Origin: Gemmatimonadales bacterium
Lineage (GTDB): Bacteria > Gemmatimonadota > Gemmatimonadetes > Gemmatimonadales > GWC2-71-9
NCBI GenBank assembly: GCA_041615815.1
Contig: JBFJCP010000005.1
Coordinates: forward strand, 64,001 to 128,000
DNA length: 64,000 bases
Direction: 5' to 3'
Shown here: positions 41,480 to 51,626 of the stretch, piece by piece
Numbering within the stretch: the stretch's first letter is position 1
Layout of the letters: each line of letters opens with the position of its first letter
Position numbers and translations under genes: made by a program
The notes under the pieces: generated by a model
What the model was told of the DNA's origin: nothing
Database searches by the model: none
Seen by the model: the letters and a program-made list of their open reading frames with translations, nothing else

Positions 41480-42471
41480 CGCTCCGGCTTCGGTTCGCGG
41501 CGCATGAGGGCGCGCACTGCATCCTCGGGGCGTTTGCCTTCGAACAGGATTTCCTCGACCTGCTCGGTAATTGGCAGCTCGACGCCCACGCGGCGTCCCA
41601 ACTGGAGGGCAGCCTTGGCCGTTCCGACCCCCTCGGCCACTGTGCGTCGCTCCTGCAGGATTTCGTCCAGCGATCGACCCTTGGCGAGCTCAATGCCCAA
41701 CGAGCGATTGCGGCTCAAGGCGCCTGTCGCGGTGAGAATGAGGTCTCCCATTCCGGCCAAGCCCGCGAACGTCATGGGGTGAGCCCCCATGGCTTCGCCC
41801 ATCCGTGTCATTTCGGCCAGACCACGGGTGATCAGCGCCGCGCGGGAGTTATTGCCGAGGCCCATGCCGTCCAGCAGGCCGGCGGCGATGGCCATGACGT
41901 TTTTCAGCGACCCGCCGAACTCGACCCCCCGCACGTCGTCGCTGGTGTAAACGCGGAAGTAGTTGGTCCAGAACACGCGTTGGGCGATTTCGGCCGCCTC
42001 GATGTCGTGGGAAGCCACGACCACGGCCGTGGGCTGTCGTTGGTAGACCTCGGCTGCAAAGCTCGGGCCGGAAAGCGCCACGATCCGTGCCTCGGGCACG
42101 GTTTCCTCCAAGACCTCACTCATGGTCTTGAGCGAGCCACCCTCGATGCCTTTGGAGACGCTCACGACAATGGGCGGAGCGCTCCCGTCGAGCGCCGCCG
42201 CCACGCTGGTGCTCACCGTCCGCACGGCGTGCGACGGCGCCGCGGACACGACGAGCTCGGCGCCATCCACCACATCACCGATGTCGTGGGAAGCACGGAG
42301 GCCCTCGGCCAGGGGCGCATCAGCCAAAAACAGGGCGTTCACGTGGTCCCGATTCACCGACTCGACGACCTCGGGCTCCCGTGCCCAGATGACGACCTCG
42401 TAACCTTGATGGGTCAATAGATCGGCGAGGGTCGTCCCCCAGCTTCCCGCGCCCACGACGGCGATCTTCAC
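41470..42471 (-). CDS. gpsA: NAD(P)H-dependent glycerol-3-phosphate dehydrogenase
   Basis: GAGSWGT, SKGIE, SGPSFA, KNV.AIA, GDLILT, SRNR. Confidence 0.96.
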   Translation of the reverse strand: MKIAVVGAGSWGTTLADLLTHQGYEVVIWAREPEVVESVNRDHVNALFLADAPLAEGLRASHDIGDVVDGAELVVSAAPSHAVRTVSTSVAAALDGSAPPIVVSVSKGIEGGSLKTMSEVLEETVPEARIVALSGPSFAAEVYQRQPTAVVVASHDIEAAEIAQRVFWTNYFRVYTSDDVRGVEFGGSLKNVMAIAAGLLDGMGLGNNSRAALITRGLAEMTRMGEAMGAHPMTFAGLAGMGDLILTATGALSRNRSLGIELAKGRSLDEILQERRTVAEGVGTAKAALQLGRRVGVELPITEQVEEILFEGKRPEDAVRALMRREPKPERWR

Positions 42472-42472
42472 G

Positions 42473-43078
42473 TCAGGCAGCTCCGGACCGACGTCCCAGC
42501 CGGTGTTCTGTTCCTGCCAGGAGACGTCGGATGTTGGAGCGGTGATTGAAGACGATGAACACGGCGAGGGCGAGACCGGCAAGGAGGGTATACCGATTGG
42601 CTGGGTGCAATACCCAGACGACGATGGGGAACGTGACGGCGCCCACCATGGACGCCAGCGACATGAAGCGCGTGGCCAAGAGCACGCCGAGCCACGTGAC
42701 GGCACTGATCCCAAACGCCACCGGCTCCAAGGCGGACACCACGCCGGCTGCGGTGGCCACCCCCTTCCCTCCCCGAAACCGAACGAAGATGCTGACGACG
42801 TGTCCGACGACGGCGACGATCCCGAGCAACAGCGGCATCCACGTTTGGCTCCCCGCTCGGGGAGCAAACACCACGACGGGTATCACGCCTTTCGCGATGT
42901 CCACCAAGGCCACTGGGACCGCGTAGCGAAGACCGAGCACCCGATAGAGGTTGGTCGCGCCGAGATTGCGGCTGCCATGTTCGCGCAGGTCGATCCCGGC
43001 GGCCACCTTCCCCACCACGAAGCTGGTCGGGATCGCTCCCAGGAGGTAGGCGGCCAGCAGCCAGAACAGCAGCGTCAC
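42473..43078 (-). CDS. plsY: Glycerol-3-phosphate acyltransferase PlsY
   Basis: GSRNLGATN, FRGGKGVAT, HRSNIRRL. Confidence 0.96.
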   Translation of the reverse strand: MTLLFWLLAAYLLGAIPTSFVVGKVAAGIDLREHGSRNLGATNLYRVLGLRYAVPVALVDIAKGVIPVVVFAPRAGSQTWMPLLLGIVAVVGHVVSIFVRFRGGKGVATAAGVVSALEPVAFGISAVTWLGVLLATRFMSLASMVGAVTFPIVVWVLHPANRYTLLAGLALAVFIVFNHRSNIRRLLAGTEHRLGRRSGAA

Positions 43079-44397
43079 GATCGGCCACGGCGCCGGCGAA
43101 ACTTGAGGCGAATAGGCACTCCCGTAAACCCCCAGGCCCGTCGAAATCCGCGTTCCAGGAACCGCCGGTACGATTCTGGAATGGACTCCGGGTAGCTCGT
43201 CACGATGGCGAAGCTCGGTGGGGCCACACCCACTTGTGATGCGTACAACAGCTTCACCTCGACCCCTCGTCGTTGGGGTGGTTGGTTACGCGCCACCAGT
43301 GTTTCCAGAACACGATTCACCTCGGCCGTTGGGATCCGGTGCTGGCGTGCATCCGCCACGCTCACGATCACGTCCAGGACGCGGCGGACGCGTTGACCCG
43401 TCAGTGCCGAGACATAGAGGAATGGGACGTAGCCCAAGAACGGCGCCCGCTTGACCATCGCATCTTCGCCGCGGCGCGCGGTCTGAGCGTCTTTTTCCTC
43501 CACGAGGTCCCATTTGTTGACGGCGATGATCAGCCCCGCCCCGCGGTCCCAGGCCGCTTCGGCGACCTTCAAATCCTGTCCACGAATCCCCTCGGTGGCG
43601 TCGACCAAGAGGATGCAGACGTCCGCCCGCTCGATCGCCCGCTCCGTGCGGAGGGCCGAATAAAACTCGAGTTCATCCTCTACTTTCGATCGCCGCCGTA
43701 AACCCGCAGTATCAATGAAGTTGAGCGTTTTACCATGGTATCGCAAGGGGGAATCGATGGCATCGCGGGTGGTACCGGCCTCCGGGGTCACGACCGCCCG
43801 TTCCTCACCCACGAGCCGGTTGAGCAGGCTCGACTTGCCCACGTTGGGACGTCCCACCACGGCGACGTCGATCGCGTCGTCGGGGGGATGCGCGGGCGCC
43901 GCGGGTAGCAGGGCGACCAGCCGTTCCAGCAGGTCTCCACTGCCCCGACCGGTCGCGGCAGATACGGGCTGTGGATCGCCGAGCCCCAGGGCGTGAAAAG
44001 CATGGTGGGAGAGATCGCCGGCGAGGTCGTCCGCCTTGTTCGCCACCACGAGGACGCGGTGTTGGTGGGATCGCAGGATCCCGGCCACCTCCAGGTCGGC
44101 GGGATGCACGCCCTGCTGCGTGTCGACGACGAACAGAATGACGTCGGCATTCGCGATGGCTTGTTCCACTTGGTGGCGGACGGCGCGGGTGAGCGCGTCG
44201 TCCCGGCCTGCGATCCATCCGCCGGTGTCCACGAGCCAGAACGTGTGGCCTCCCCATTCGGCGCGGGCGAAGTTCCGGTCGCGGGTGACCCCGGGGCGGT
44301 GGTCCACGATCGCCCGTCGCCCGCCGACGATGCGGTTGAACAGCGTCGACTTGCCGACGTTGGGGCGGCCAACGATGGCAACGGTTCCTTGTGTCAC
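43075..44397 (-). CDS. der: Ribosome biogenesis GTPase Der (EngA)
   Basis: Two GRPNVGKS G-domains, DTGG/DTAG, NKAD/NKWD. Confidence 0.97.
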   Translation of the reverse strand: MTQGTVAIVGRPNVGKSTLFNRIVGGRRAIVDHRPGVTRDRNFARAEWGGHTFWLVDTGGWIAGRDDALTRAVRHQVEQAIANADVILFVVDTQQGVHPADLEVAGILRSHQHRVLVVANKADDLAGDLSHHAFHALGLGDPQPVSAATGRGSGDLLERLVALLPAAPAHPPDDAIDVAVVGRPNVGKSSLLNRLVGEERAVVTPEAGTTRDAIDSPLRYHGKTLNFIDTAGLRRRSKVEDELEFYSALRTERAIERADVCILLVDATEGIRGQDLKVAEAAWDRGAGLIIAVNKWDLVEEKDAQTARRGEDAMVKRAPFLGYVPFLYVSALTGQRVRRVLDVIVSVADARQHRIPTAEVNRVLETLVARNQPPQRRGVEVKLLYASQVGVAPPSFAIVTSYPESIPESYRRFLERGFRRAWGFTGVPIRLKFRRRRGRS

Positions 44398-45662
44398 TCG
44401 GCGGGCGAGGTCAGGACGTCGGCAAAATCGTAGGACAGGCGAATCACCGGCGGTACCGCCGCGGCGAGATCGTCCACCGACATATCGTCGAGGAATCGGC
44501 CTCGGTCGTTGACGGCCTCGGCAGGAATCAGCGCCAGATCGATGTCGTCCCGGTCCAGCAAGGCGGTCCGGAAAGCGCCGCCAGGCAGGAGGCCTGCGCA
44601 GGTGACCGATTCGCCAAACAAGTCGTTCACGAGCGTCGTCAGCTCAAAGCGTCCTCCCGTGGTGGTTCCCAGGGTCCGGATGACTTGAGGCATGAGAGGA
44701 CCCATGGCGGCGCCCGTCAACACTGCCACACGGCGGTTGCGCAGCGATGGCATCGGGCCGCTGGCGATCCGGTCCAGAAGGTGCCGTACGGCCCCCACGC
44801 CGTTCTCGAGTTGCTCGAACCCGTCGTACCGGTCCGCTTCCGGCAGCGGAAGATCAGCGACGAGGTACAGCTCGTCGGATCCGTACGCCCAATGATGCTG
44901 GCGTTCCCGGAACGCCGTACGAGCCCGACGGTCGACGCTGCCAATGGCACGCCGGCACTCGTCGCGGGTCGGTTGGCGCACGAGGTGATGCTTGCTGAAC
45001 GTCGTGAGCCCCACGGGCACGACCGAGACCGAGATGATCGCGTCGCCGAGGTCATACAGATCCTGCAGCGTCTGCTCCAGGACGGCCCCGTCGTTCACAC
45101 CAGGTTGCAGAACCACCTGGGTGTGGAACCGAATGCCATGGCTGGCGAACTCCCGCAGTTGCACGCGGACATCGGGTGCGCGCGGATTTCGCAACAAGCG
45201 CCGGCGGATGACCGGGTCGGTGGCATGCACGGAGACGTACAGCGGTGACAGACGGTATTCGATGATCCGATCCACGTCGCGTGGTTTCAAGTTGGTGAGG
45301 GTGGCGAAATTCCCGTAGCGAAACGACAGTCGATAGTCGTCATCTCTGATGTACAGTGGTTCGCGGAGGCCGTTGGGGAGTCCATCGACGAAACAAAAGT
45401 CGCAGCGATTGGCGCACCGACGGATGGTTGGCGGTTCCAGCTCCACACCGAGCGGAAGTCCCTCGGGGCGTTCGACGTCGTACTCGACGAGCTCGCCCTC
45501 TGCGGTACGGACGAGGAGGGTGAAGTGCTCGTCAGCTGCCCGGAACTCCCAATCGAGGAAGTCGTGGAGGTGGTGCCCGTTGACGGACAGCAGCTCCGTC
45601 CCGGGCCTCAGCGCGAGCTCGGCACCGAGTGAGCCTGTTTGAACGGCGGTGACGCGGATCAT
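44394..45662 (-). CDS. PDZ plus radical SAM DUF512 family protein
   Basis: N-terminal PDZ-like segment, CANRCDFC, DDDYRLSF, QLENGVG. Confidence 0.87.
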   Translation of the reverse strand: MIRVTAVQTGSLGAELALRPGTELLSVNGHHLHDFLDWEFRAADEHFTLLVRTAEGELVEYDVERPEGLPLGVELEPPTIRRCANRCDFCFVDGLPNGLREPLYIRDDDYRLSFRYGNFATLTNLKPRDVDRIIEYRLSPLYVSVHATDPVIRRRLLRNPRAPDVRVQLREFASHGIRFHTQVVLQPGVNDGAVLEQTLQDLYDLGDAIISVSVVPVGLTTFSKHHLVRQPTRDECRRAIGSVDRRARTAFRERQHHWAYGSDELYLVADLPLPEADRYDGFEQLENGVGAVRHLLDRIASGPMPSLRNRRVAVLTGAAMGPLMPQVIRTLGTTTGGRFELTTLVNDLFGESVTCAGLLPGGAFRTALLDRDDIDLALIPAEAVNDRGRFLDDMSVDDLAAAVPPVIRLSYDFADVLTSPAE

Positions 45663-45753
45663 TTGACCTTGCGGCGCCAATCAGAGCGCGTGGCTGGTCG
45701 TGGCCGGCGCGTCCGGGCGGAACCCGACGGCACCTGACGACGCGGGAGAGATC

Positions 45754-45802
45754 AAAGAGAAACGGCGGCGCAGCGTAGAGCCGAAACCACCGCGCTGCCG
45801 TT
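45754..45802 (-). terminator. Possible intrinsic terminator downstream of tRNA-Gly
   Basis: Stem AACGGCAGCGC/GCGCCGCCGTT followed by TCTCTTT on minus strand. Confidence 0.4.
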
Positions 45803-45824
45803 CGATGCTTCTCTCGCTGTGCAG

Positions 45825-45896
<72 letters not shown>

Positions 45897-45914
45897 AGGT
45901 GACCCTCGAGGCGA

Positions 45915-45944
45915 ACAGTAGGCCCGGGCCGGGGAGGCTGTCAA
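45915..45944 (-). promoter_or_regulatory. sigma70 promoter of tRNA-Gly
   Basis: TTGACA-N18-TACTGT on minus strand. Confidence 0.6.
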
Positions 45945-46002
45945 CGGCGAGGCAACCGCCGAGCGGGCATCGCACCGCGCTCGACGGATGCCGGATAGCC
46001 GT

Positions 46003-47406
46003 CTAGCTGCCCACGGCGTAACGCCAGGCAGAGATGTCCGCTGCGGAACCCGTGACCTCGAAGTCCTCCGACGCATGAGCACCGAGTTGTGCTAGGTCCA
46101 CCTTGGCCGTGGTCAGCACGTTCCCCTGTCGATCCAGAAACTCGAAGGTGATCGGTGGGAGCTTTGTTGTGGCGTTCCTCTGATTGCTGATCGTCCCACG
46201 GACCGTAATCGAGGAATCGCCAATCTCCGCCTGGTACACCTCGATGCCGAAGGCCATGGCTTCGACTCGCTGCAGCACCGCCAGCGTGGAATCGTCCATC
46301 CGCCGGATCTGGAACGAGGCGGCCAGCAGGCGCATGGCTTCCTGTCCCCGCGGTTCCACGCTCACGAGCCGCCGAGCGGCGCGCTCCATGCCCCTCGCGG
46401 CCTCACGTCGCTCGTCGGGTGTAGCGGAGGTATCCTGCGCCATCGCGAGGTAGCTGTTGACGAGGTTGTAGAGCCCGTCGCGATGGAGGCGGTTCTTCTC
46501 GAGGCCCAGCTCGAACGCCTTGGCCGCGAGGTTCAGACGCCGGGCCGCAAACAGATTCTGTCCCGCCTGGAATAGTTCGCCCATGCTCAGCGAATCTGCC
46601 TTGTTGAACACGCTGTCATACATGACGGCGGCCTGGTCCGTGTTGCCCAGCTGGGTGTACGCGGTGGCCAGCCCTACCAATCCTTGTGGGTCGTCGGGCA
46701 CGATTCCGCGGTACTTCTGATACCACACCACGGCCGAGTCCCACTGTTCCTGGGCGGCGTACAGCAACCCGACGTTATACGTGGAGACCTCGACGTTGCG
46801 CTCACGGGTGGAATCGATGGCCCCCACCTCCGCCACCTTGCGGAAGTAGTGTAGGGCGCTGTCCAACTCGTTGTCCTGACCGTAGATCACACCCAGGTAG
46901 TAGTAGCCGACGTTGTCTTCGTCGAAGATCGTGTTTGCCGTACGTAGGAGGCGCTTCGTCGCTTCCATGTTGCCTGCGTTCAGCGAATCGATGGCCTCGT
47001 TCATCTTGGGGGCCCACATGACCATGCGATAGTATTTGACGTCGTCCTGGCACTCGGGTGCCAATCGCATCGTATGCGCGAACGCGGAGTCCGCACCGAC
47101 CACGTCGTCCTTCAGGACGTAGTAGCGGCCCAAGAAATACCAGACGGCTGGGTTTTCCGTCTGATCTCCTGCAAGCGCCGAATCGAGGTTCTGCTGAGCG
47201 TTCCTCAACAGGTTCGCGCGTTTCGCCGGATCCGCCTCCTGGCTGGCGCTCGTGATGTACACGACGGTGTTCTTGACCAGGAAATGACCGAGGTCGAGAT
47301 CGCACTGGGGTGGCTGATATCCCTCTGCCTGCCCGTGGGCGTTCCCGACGATCATCGTCAGTCCGAAGACGGCCGCAGCGGTCCGGACAAACGTCCTCAT
47401 GTTCAT
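46003..47406 (-). CDS. Exported TPR-repeat protein with C-terminal FxLYD-like beta domain
   Basis: Signal peptide (AHG), multiple TPR helices, C-term VRGTISN...FEFLDRQGNVL; start 47400-47412. Confidence 0.75.
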   Translation of the reverse strand: MNMRTFVRTAAAVFGLTMIVGNAHGQAEGYQPPQCDLDLGHFLVKNTVVYITSASQEADPAKRANLLRNAQQNLDSALAGDQTENPAVWYFLGRYYVLKDDVVGADSAFAHTMRLAPECQDDVKYYRMVMWAPKMNEAIDSLNAGNMEATKRLLRTANTIFDEDNVGYYYLGVIYGQDNELDSALHYFRKVAEVGAIDSTRERNVEVSTYNVGLLYAAQEQWDSAVVWYQKYRGIVPDDPQGLVGLATAYTQLGNTDQAAVMYDSVFNKADSLSMGELFQAGQNLFAARRLNLAAKAFELGLEKNRLHRDGLYNLVNSYLAMAQDTSATPDERREAARGMERAARRLVSVEPRGQEAMRLLAASFQIRRMDDSTLAVLQRVEAMAFGIEVYQAEIGDSSITVRGTISNQRNATTKLPPITFEFLDRQGNVLTTAKVDLAQLGAHASEDFEVTGSAADISAWRYAVGS

Positions 47407-47413
47407 GTGCATC

Positions 47414-48622
47414 TCACTCCTTGTTGACGGCATTACGCCATTCCTTGCCATTCTGCGTCGCGACTTCGGCAAGCCGCGTCGCCTCCCGGGCCACCTCGAA
47501 CGCGGGTCGCGCCAGGACCCCTGCCGCCGCCACCACGTCGGTGTATTCGGGCTTGAGCCGCAGGCCTGCTGGGCTCTCCAGCACCTTCACTCGTACACGA
47601 ACCGACCCGTCAAGCTCCACGATGAGCTCCTGCCGCGGAAGCGTTACCCGGCTCGCCGGCCACCGGCGAATGCCGGCCGTCGTGCTGTGAGCGAATAGGG
47701 CGTCGATGACCCGGTCGCTGGCATCCGCGGCCGCCACCGCCTCAATCCGCAGGCCAACGCGTCCCTGCTTGGCCTGCGTCGGCCACACCTGACAATCGAG
47801 GGCGCCGGCCGCAAACAGCGCCTCGCGCAAGGGCTCGATGTACTCGGGCGAGAGATCATCGATGTCCGTCGCCAGCAGCTCCACGAGCCCGGCCTCGTGC
47901 GCCGATTCTGCTACCAGGATCCGCAGCGCGTTGGGATACCCGTCCGGGTCCCGACCTCCTGCCCCCCAGCCGCTTCGGACCATGCGCCACGCGGCCGGCG
48001 GTGGGCCGCTCGACAGCACCCGCACCAAGGCCGCCCCCGTGGGCGTCGTCGCCTCTCCGACCACGGGGCCACCGGCTCGCACCTCGATGCCTTCGAGGAG
48101 CACCGCGGTGGCTGGGGCGGGGACCGGGAGCTTCCCGTGCGCGGTATCCACCCAGCCGTTCCCGACCGCCACCGGCAGGTGAAACACCTGCTCGGTGCCC
48201 AACCGCTCGAATCCCTCCACCGCCCCGATGATGTCCAGCACCGCGTCGATCGCCCCGACCTCGTGCAAGTGGACGCGGTCCGCCGTCACCCCGTGGACCC
48301 GACCTTCGGCCGTCCCGATCAGCTGGAACGCTCGGCGGGCGCGGTCTCGCACCCGGTCCGACACGGGCGCGCGGCCCACGAGGTCCAAGAGCTCGCCGAG
48401 ATGCCGGCCGTGGCCATCCCCGTCCCGCGGGATATCGAAGTCGACCTTGGTGGAGGCTACGGCCCCCCGTTCAACCGATCGGATGCGGACGCCGACGCGA
48501 GGAAATCCGAGACGCGCGGGCAAAGCCTCGATCCACTGGCGGTCCACGCCGAGGTCGAGCAGCGCTCCCAGGGTCATGTCCCCGCTGATGCCCGCGAAGG
48601 GGTCGAGAATGGCGATCGGCAT
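47414..48622 (-). CDS. larC: Nickel pincer cofactor biosynthesis protein LarC-like
   Basis: GISGDM, VHLHEVGAID, HG.LPVPAPAT, TPTGAA, DIDD..PE, KPEY. Confidence 0.88.
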   Translation of the reverse strand: MPIAILDPFAGISGDMTLGALLDLGVDRQWIEALPARLGFPRVGVRIRSVERGAVASTKVDFDIPRDGDGHGRHLGELLDLVGRAPVSDRVRDRARRAFQLIGTAEGRVHGVTADRVHLHEVGAIDAVLDIIGAVEGFERLGTEQVFHLPVAVGNGWVDTAHGKLPVPAPATAVLLEGIEVRAGGPVVGEATTPTGAALVRVLSSGPPPAAWRMVRSGWGAGGRDPDGYPNALRILVAESAHEAGLVELLATDIDDLSPEYIEPLREALFAAGALDCQVWPTQAKQGRVGLRIEAVAAADASDRVIDALFAHSTTAGIRRWPASRVTLPRQELIVELDGSVRVRVKVLESPAGLRLKPEYTDVVAAAGVLARPAFEVAREATRLAEVATQNGKEWRNAVNKE

Positions 48623-48647
48623 ATCGGAGCTAACCGCTAAATATCAC

Positions 48648-49805
48648 TCAGAGAACACGATAAAGCCACCCAGCCCCGGTGTTGAACAGAACTACGGACT
48701 CCGCGGTATCGATGGCCCGCCGGGCCAACAGCGCTTCCAGTCCCGCGAGCGTTGCCCCCCCCTCGGGGCTGGCGTCGATCCCCTCCGTCGTGGCGATCCG
48801 CCGCTCGGCCCGAGCCATCGCGTCCTCGCTGACCGCGAGCGCCTCGCCTCCGGTCTCGCGGAGCGCTCGCAGAATGAGATGTCCGCCCAGGGGGCTCGGC
48901 ACCCGGAGTCCTGCCGCCGCCGTCACGGGGTTGTCCCAGGGGGTCGTGTCTGCGGCCGACCCCTCGAAGGCACGCACCACCGGAGCGCAGCCTGCCGCCT
49001 GTACACTGTACAGTCTCGGAACCGGACCCCGAACCCAGCCGGCCGCCACGAGTTCCGCAAATGCGATCCACATACCGATGAGTCCGGTCCCGCCGCCGGT
49101 CGGATAGATGACGGCGTCGGGGAGTCGCCAGCCGAGTTGCTCCGCCACTTCCAGCCCCATCGTCTTCTTGCCTTCAATACGGTACGGCTCCCGCAGGGTG
49201 GATACGTCGAAGGCGTCACACTCCGCAGCGTAGTGGCGGGCGGCCACACCGCAGTCACCAATATGACCATCGATCAGTTCGAGGTCGGCACCGTAACTGC
49301 GCACTTGTTCGAGGATCCGCGGGGGTGTGGTCCGCGGCGCGAATACCCGCACCGGAAGTCCCGCTCGTCGCCCGTACGCGCTCAACGCCACACCGGCGTT
49401 CCCGGCGGTTGGAACGGACAGCCGCACGGCACCGTCGAGCCGCGCACGTGTGACGGCGGCGGACAGTCCCCGAGCCTTGAACGAGTTGGTTGGATTCTGG
49501 CTCTCGTCCTTGATCCACAAGTCAGACATGCCGAGTGAGCGTCCAAGTCGGGTGGCCTCGAGAAGGGGGGTTCCGCCTTCACCGAGCGAGACCGGCGCTT
49601 CCCCGTCTTCCACCGGCATCCACTCTCGATATCGCCACATGGTCCACGGCCGCGGTGCCATGCGGTCGCGCACGGCGGCTGGTGGACGCGACGAGTAGCG
49701 AACCAACCAGGGGGCCTGGCACTCCGGGCAGACCGTTGCCAACCGCAGCGACGGCGTGTCTCGACCGCAGCGAGAACACACGAGATGCCATCGTGGAATG
49801 GTCAT
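48648..49805 (-). CDS. thrC: Threonine synthase (short type, Zn-ribbon N-term)
   Basis: SLGEGGTPL, NPTNSFKARG, AGNAG, EGKKT, PTGGG; exact substrate unverified. Confidence 0.82.
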   Translation of the reverse strand: MTIPRWHLVCSRCGRDTPSLRLATVCPECQAPWLVRYSSRPPAAVRDRMAPRPWTMWRYREWMPVEDGEAPVSLGEGGTPLLEATRLGRSLGMSDLWIKDESQNPTNSFKARGLSAAVTRARLDGAVRLSVPTAGNAGVALSAYGRRAGLPVRVFAPRTTPPRILEQVRSYGADLELIDGHIGDCGVAARHYAAECDAFDVSTLREPYRIEGKKTMGLEVAEQLGWRLPDAVIYPTGGGTGLIGMWIAFAELVAAGWVRGPVPRLYSVQAAGCAPVVRAFEGSAADTTPWDNPVTAAAGLRVPSPLGGHLILRALRETGGEALAVSEDAMARAERRIATTEGIDASPEGGATLAGLEALLARRAIDTAESVVLFNTGAGWLYRVL

Positions 49806-51613
49806 TGTCTGAGGTGGTTCAGAATGCGGGTCGCGAGTTTCTCGGAGAATCCCGGGATAGATTCGATTTCCTCCGGTGTAGCGAGCCGCACGCCAGCGAG
49901 GCTGCCAAAACGCTCCAGCAACACGCGACGCCGGTTCTCTCCCACACCGGGGATGTTCATCAGCTCCGACGTCACCGTCCGCGCAGCGCGGCGTTTGCGG
50001 CTGTAGGTGATGGCAAAGCGGTGCGCCTCGTCGCGGACCCGCTGCAGGAGGCGCAGGGACGGGGCGCGGGCGGCCAGCCGGAGTGGAGCCGCGCGGCCGG
50101 GGAGAAAGATCTCCTCGTCGCGCTTCGCGATGCTCGCGAGGGGCAGATCGCATCCTAGCTCTTCCAACACCGTGCTCGCGGCACTCAGCTGGCCTTTTCC
50201 GCCATCGATCACGATGAGGTCCGGAACGGCGCGCGCTTCCTCCCGACGCCGGGTCAGGTATCGAGTGAGCACTTCGCGGATGGCGGCGAAATCGTCCTGC
50301 TGACCTTCGTCAGCCTTGATCTTGAATCGGCGATACTCGCTCTTTTTGGGTCGTCCGGCCTCGAACCACACCAAGGCGCCTACGGTGTCTCGCCCTTGGT
50401 TGGTCGAGATGTCGATGCACACGAGGCTGCGGGGAACGACCGTAAGGCCGAGATCGCGCCCCAATGCGTACACGGGATCTTCGGCCCGGGCTTCGGTTTC
50501 GAGGGACTCGATCTTGAACGATTCGAGGAGGTGTCTCGCATTTTGATCCGCGAGGTCCACCAGCCGTCGCTTGACCCCGCGTTGGGGTAATGCCCATGCA
50601 GTTTCCGGCGTCAGGGCGGCGAGCGATTCGAAGTCCGTTGGCGGAAAGGGCAAGAGCGCCCGGCGCGCTGGCTCCTCCGCCGGGACATAGTGCCGGACGA
50701 GGAATGCGCTCAGGACCTCTTCGTCTGGCTGGTCTGCGATATTTTCGAGAAAGCGTTGTTCTCGCGCGATCACCTTTCCATCCCGGACCCGCAGGAACAC
50801 GCCCACGGCGTCGTCCCCGTCGCGGGCGAACCCGATGGCGTCGCTGTTCCCTCCCCCGACGAATTCGACACTTTGCGGACGTTCCAACTGGTCCAACCAC
50901 TTGATGGCGTCCCGAATCCGAGCCGCGCGTTCGAAATCCAAACGCCCTGCCGCTTCGTCCATGCGTTCGCGCAAGCGGGTCCGTACCTCAATCGTCTTGC
51001 CTTCGAGGAAAGCCAGGACATCGTCAATCATGGCTCGGTAGCTCGCCTGATCTTGAAGCCCGACGCAGGGCGCGAGGCACTTCTGAATGTGATAATCGAG
51101 GCATGGCCGATCCGGTGCTTCATCGGGCAGCCCGTAGTGGCACGACCGCACCGTGAAGATCCGTCGGATGATGCGCAGGGTGCGACGCAGCACTGCCACG
51201 TCGGTGTACGGGCCGAAGTAGCGTGCGCCCGGGATGTTGAGTCGCCGCACCACGACCACCCGGGGGAATGGCTCCGCCAGGGTCACCGCAATCGAGGGAT
51301 AGCTCTTGTCGTCGCGCAGGCGGATGTTGAACCGCGGGCGGTATTCCTTGATGAGATTGTTCTCGAGCAGCAGCGCCTGCGGTTCGGACGGAACGACGAT
51401 CGTGTCCAAGTCCGCGATGAGTCTGACCAGTGCCCGAGTGGTGGGGCTCGACGCGTAATCGGCCGCGAAATACGTGCGCACGCGTTGGCGCAGGCGCTTG
51501 GCCTTTCCCACGTACAGAACTGTGCCCTCCCGATCCTTCCACAGGTAGACACCCGGTTCGTCGGGAAGGGACTCGATCTTTCTCTGGACGGTCTCCGGTA
51601 CGTCGCGTGCCAT
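49802..51613 (-). CDS. uvrC: Excinuclease ABC subunit C
   Basis: PGVY...YVGKAK, DDKSYP, FERAARIRD, DGGKGQL, RDEAHRFA, HhH. Confidence 0.98.
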   Translation of the reverse strand: MARDVPETVQRKIESLPDEPGVYLWKDREGTVLYVGKAKRLRQRVRTYFAADYASSPTTRALVRLIADLDTIVVPSEPQALLLENNLIKEYRPRFNIRLRDDKSYPSIAVTLAEPFPRVVVVRRLNIPGARYFGPYTDVAVLRRTLRIIRRIFTVRSCHYGLPDEAPDRPCLDYHIQKCLAPCVGLQDQASYRAMIDDVLAFLEGKTIEVRTRLRERMDEAAGRLDFERAARIRDAIKWLDQLERPQSVEFVGGGNSDAIGFARDGDDAVGVFLRVRDGKVIAREQRFLENIADQPDEEVLSAFLVRHYVPAEEPARRALLPFPPTDFESLAALTPETAWALPQRGVKRRLVDLADQNARHLLESFKIESLETEARAEDPVYALGRDLGLTVVPRSLVCIDISTNQGRDTVGALVWFEAGRPKKSEYRRFKIKADEGQQDDFAAIREVLTRYLTRRREEARAVPDLIVIDGGKGQLSAASTVLEELGCDLPLASIAKRDEEIFLPGRAAPLRLAARAPSLRLLQRVRDEAHRFAITYSRKRRAARTVTSELMNIPGVGENRRRVLLERFGSLAGVRLATPEEIESIPGFSEKLATRILNHLRQ

Positions 51614-51620
51614 GCAGAGA

Positions 51621-51626
51621 AAGTTA
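51621..51626 (-). promoter_or_regulatory. Putative -10 box for leaderless uvrC transcript
   Basis: TAACTT 7 nt before ATG 51613, no SD. Confidence 0.45.
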
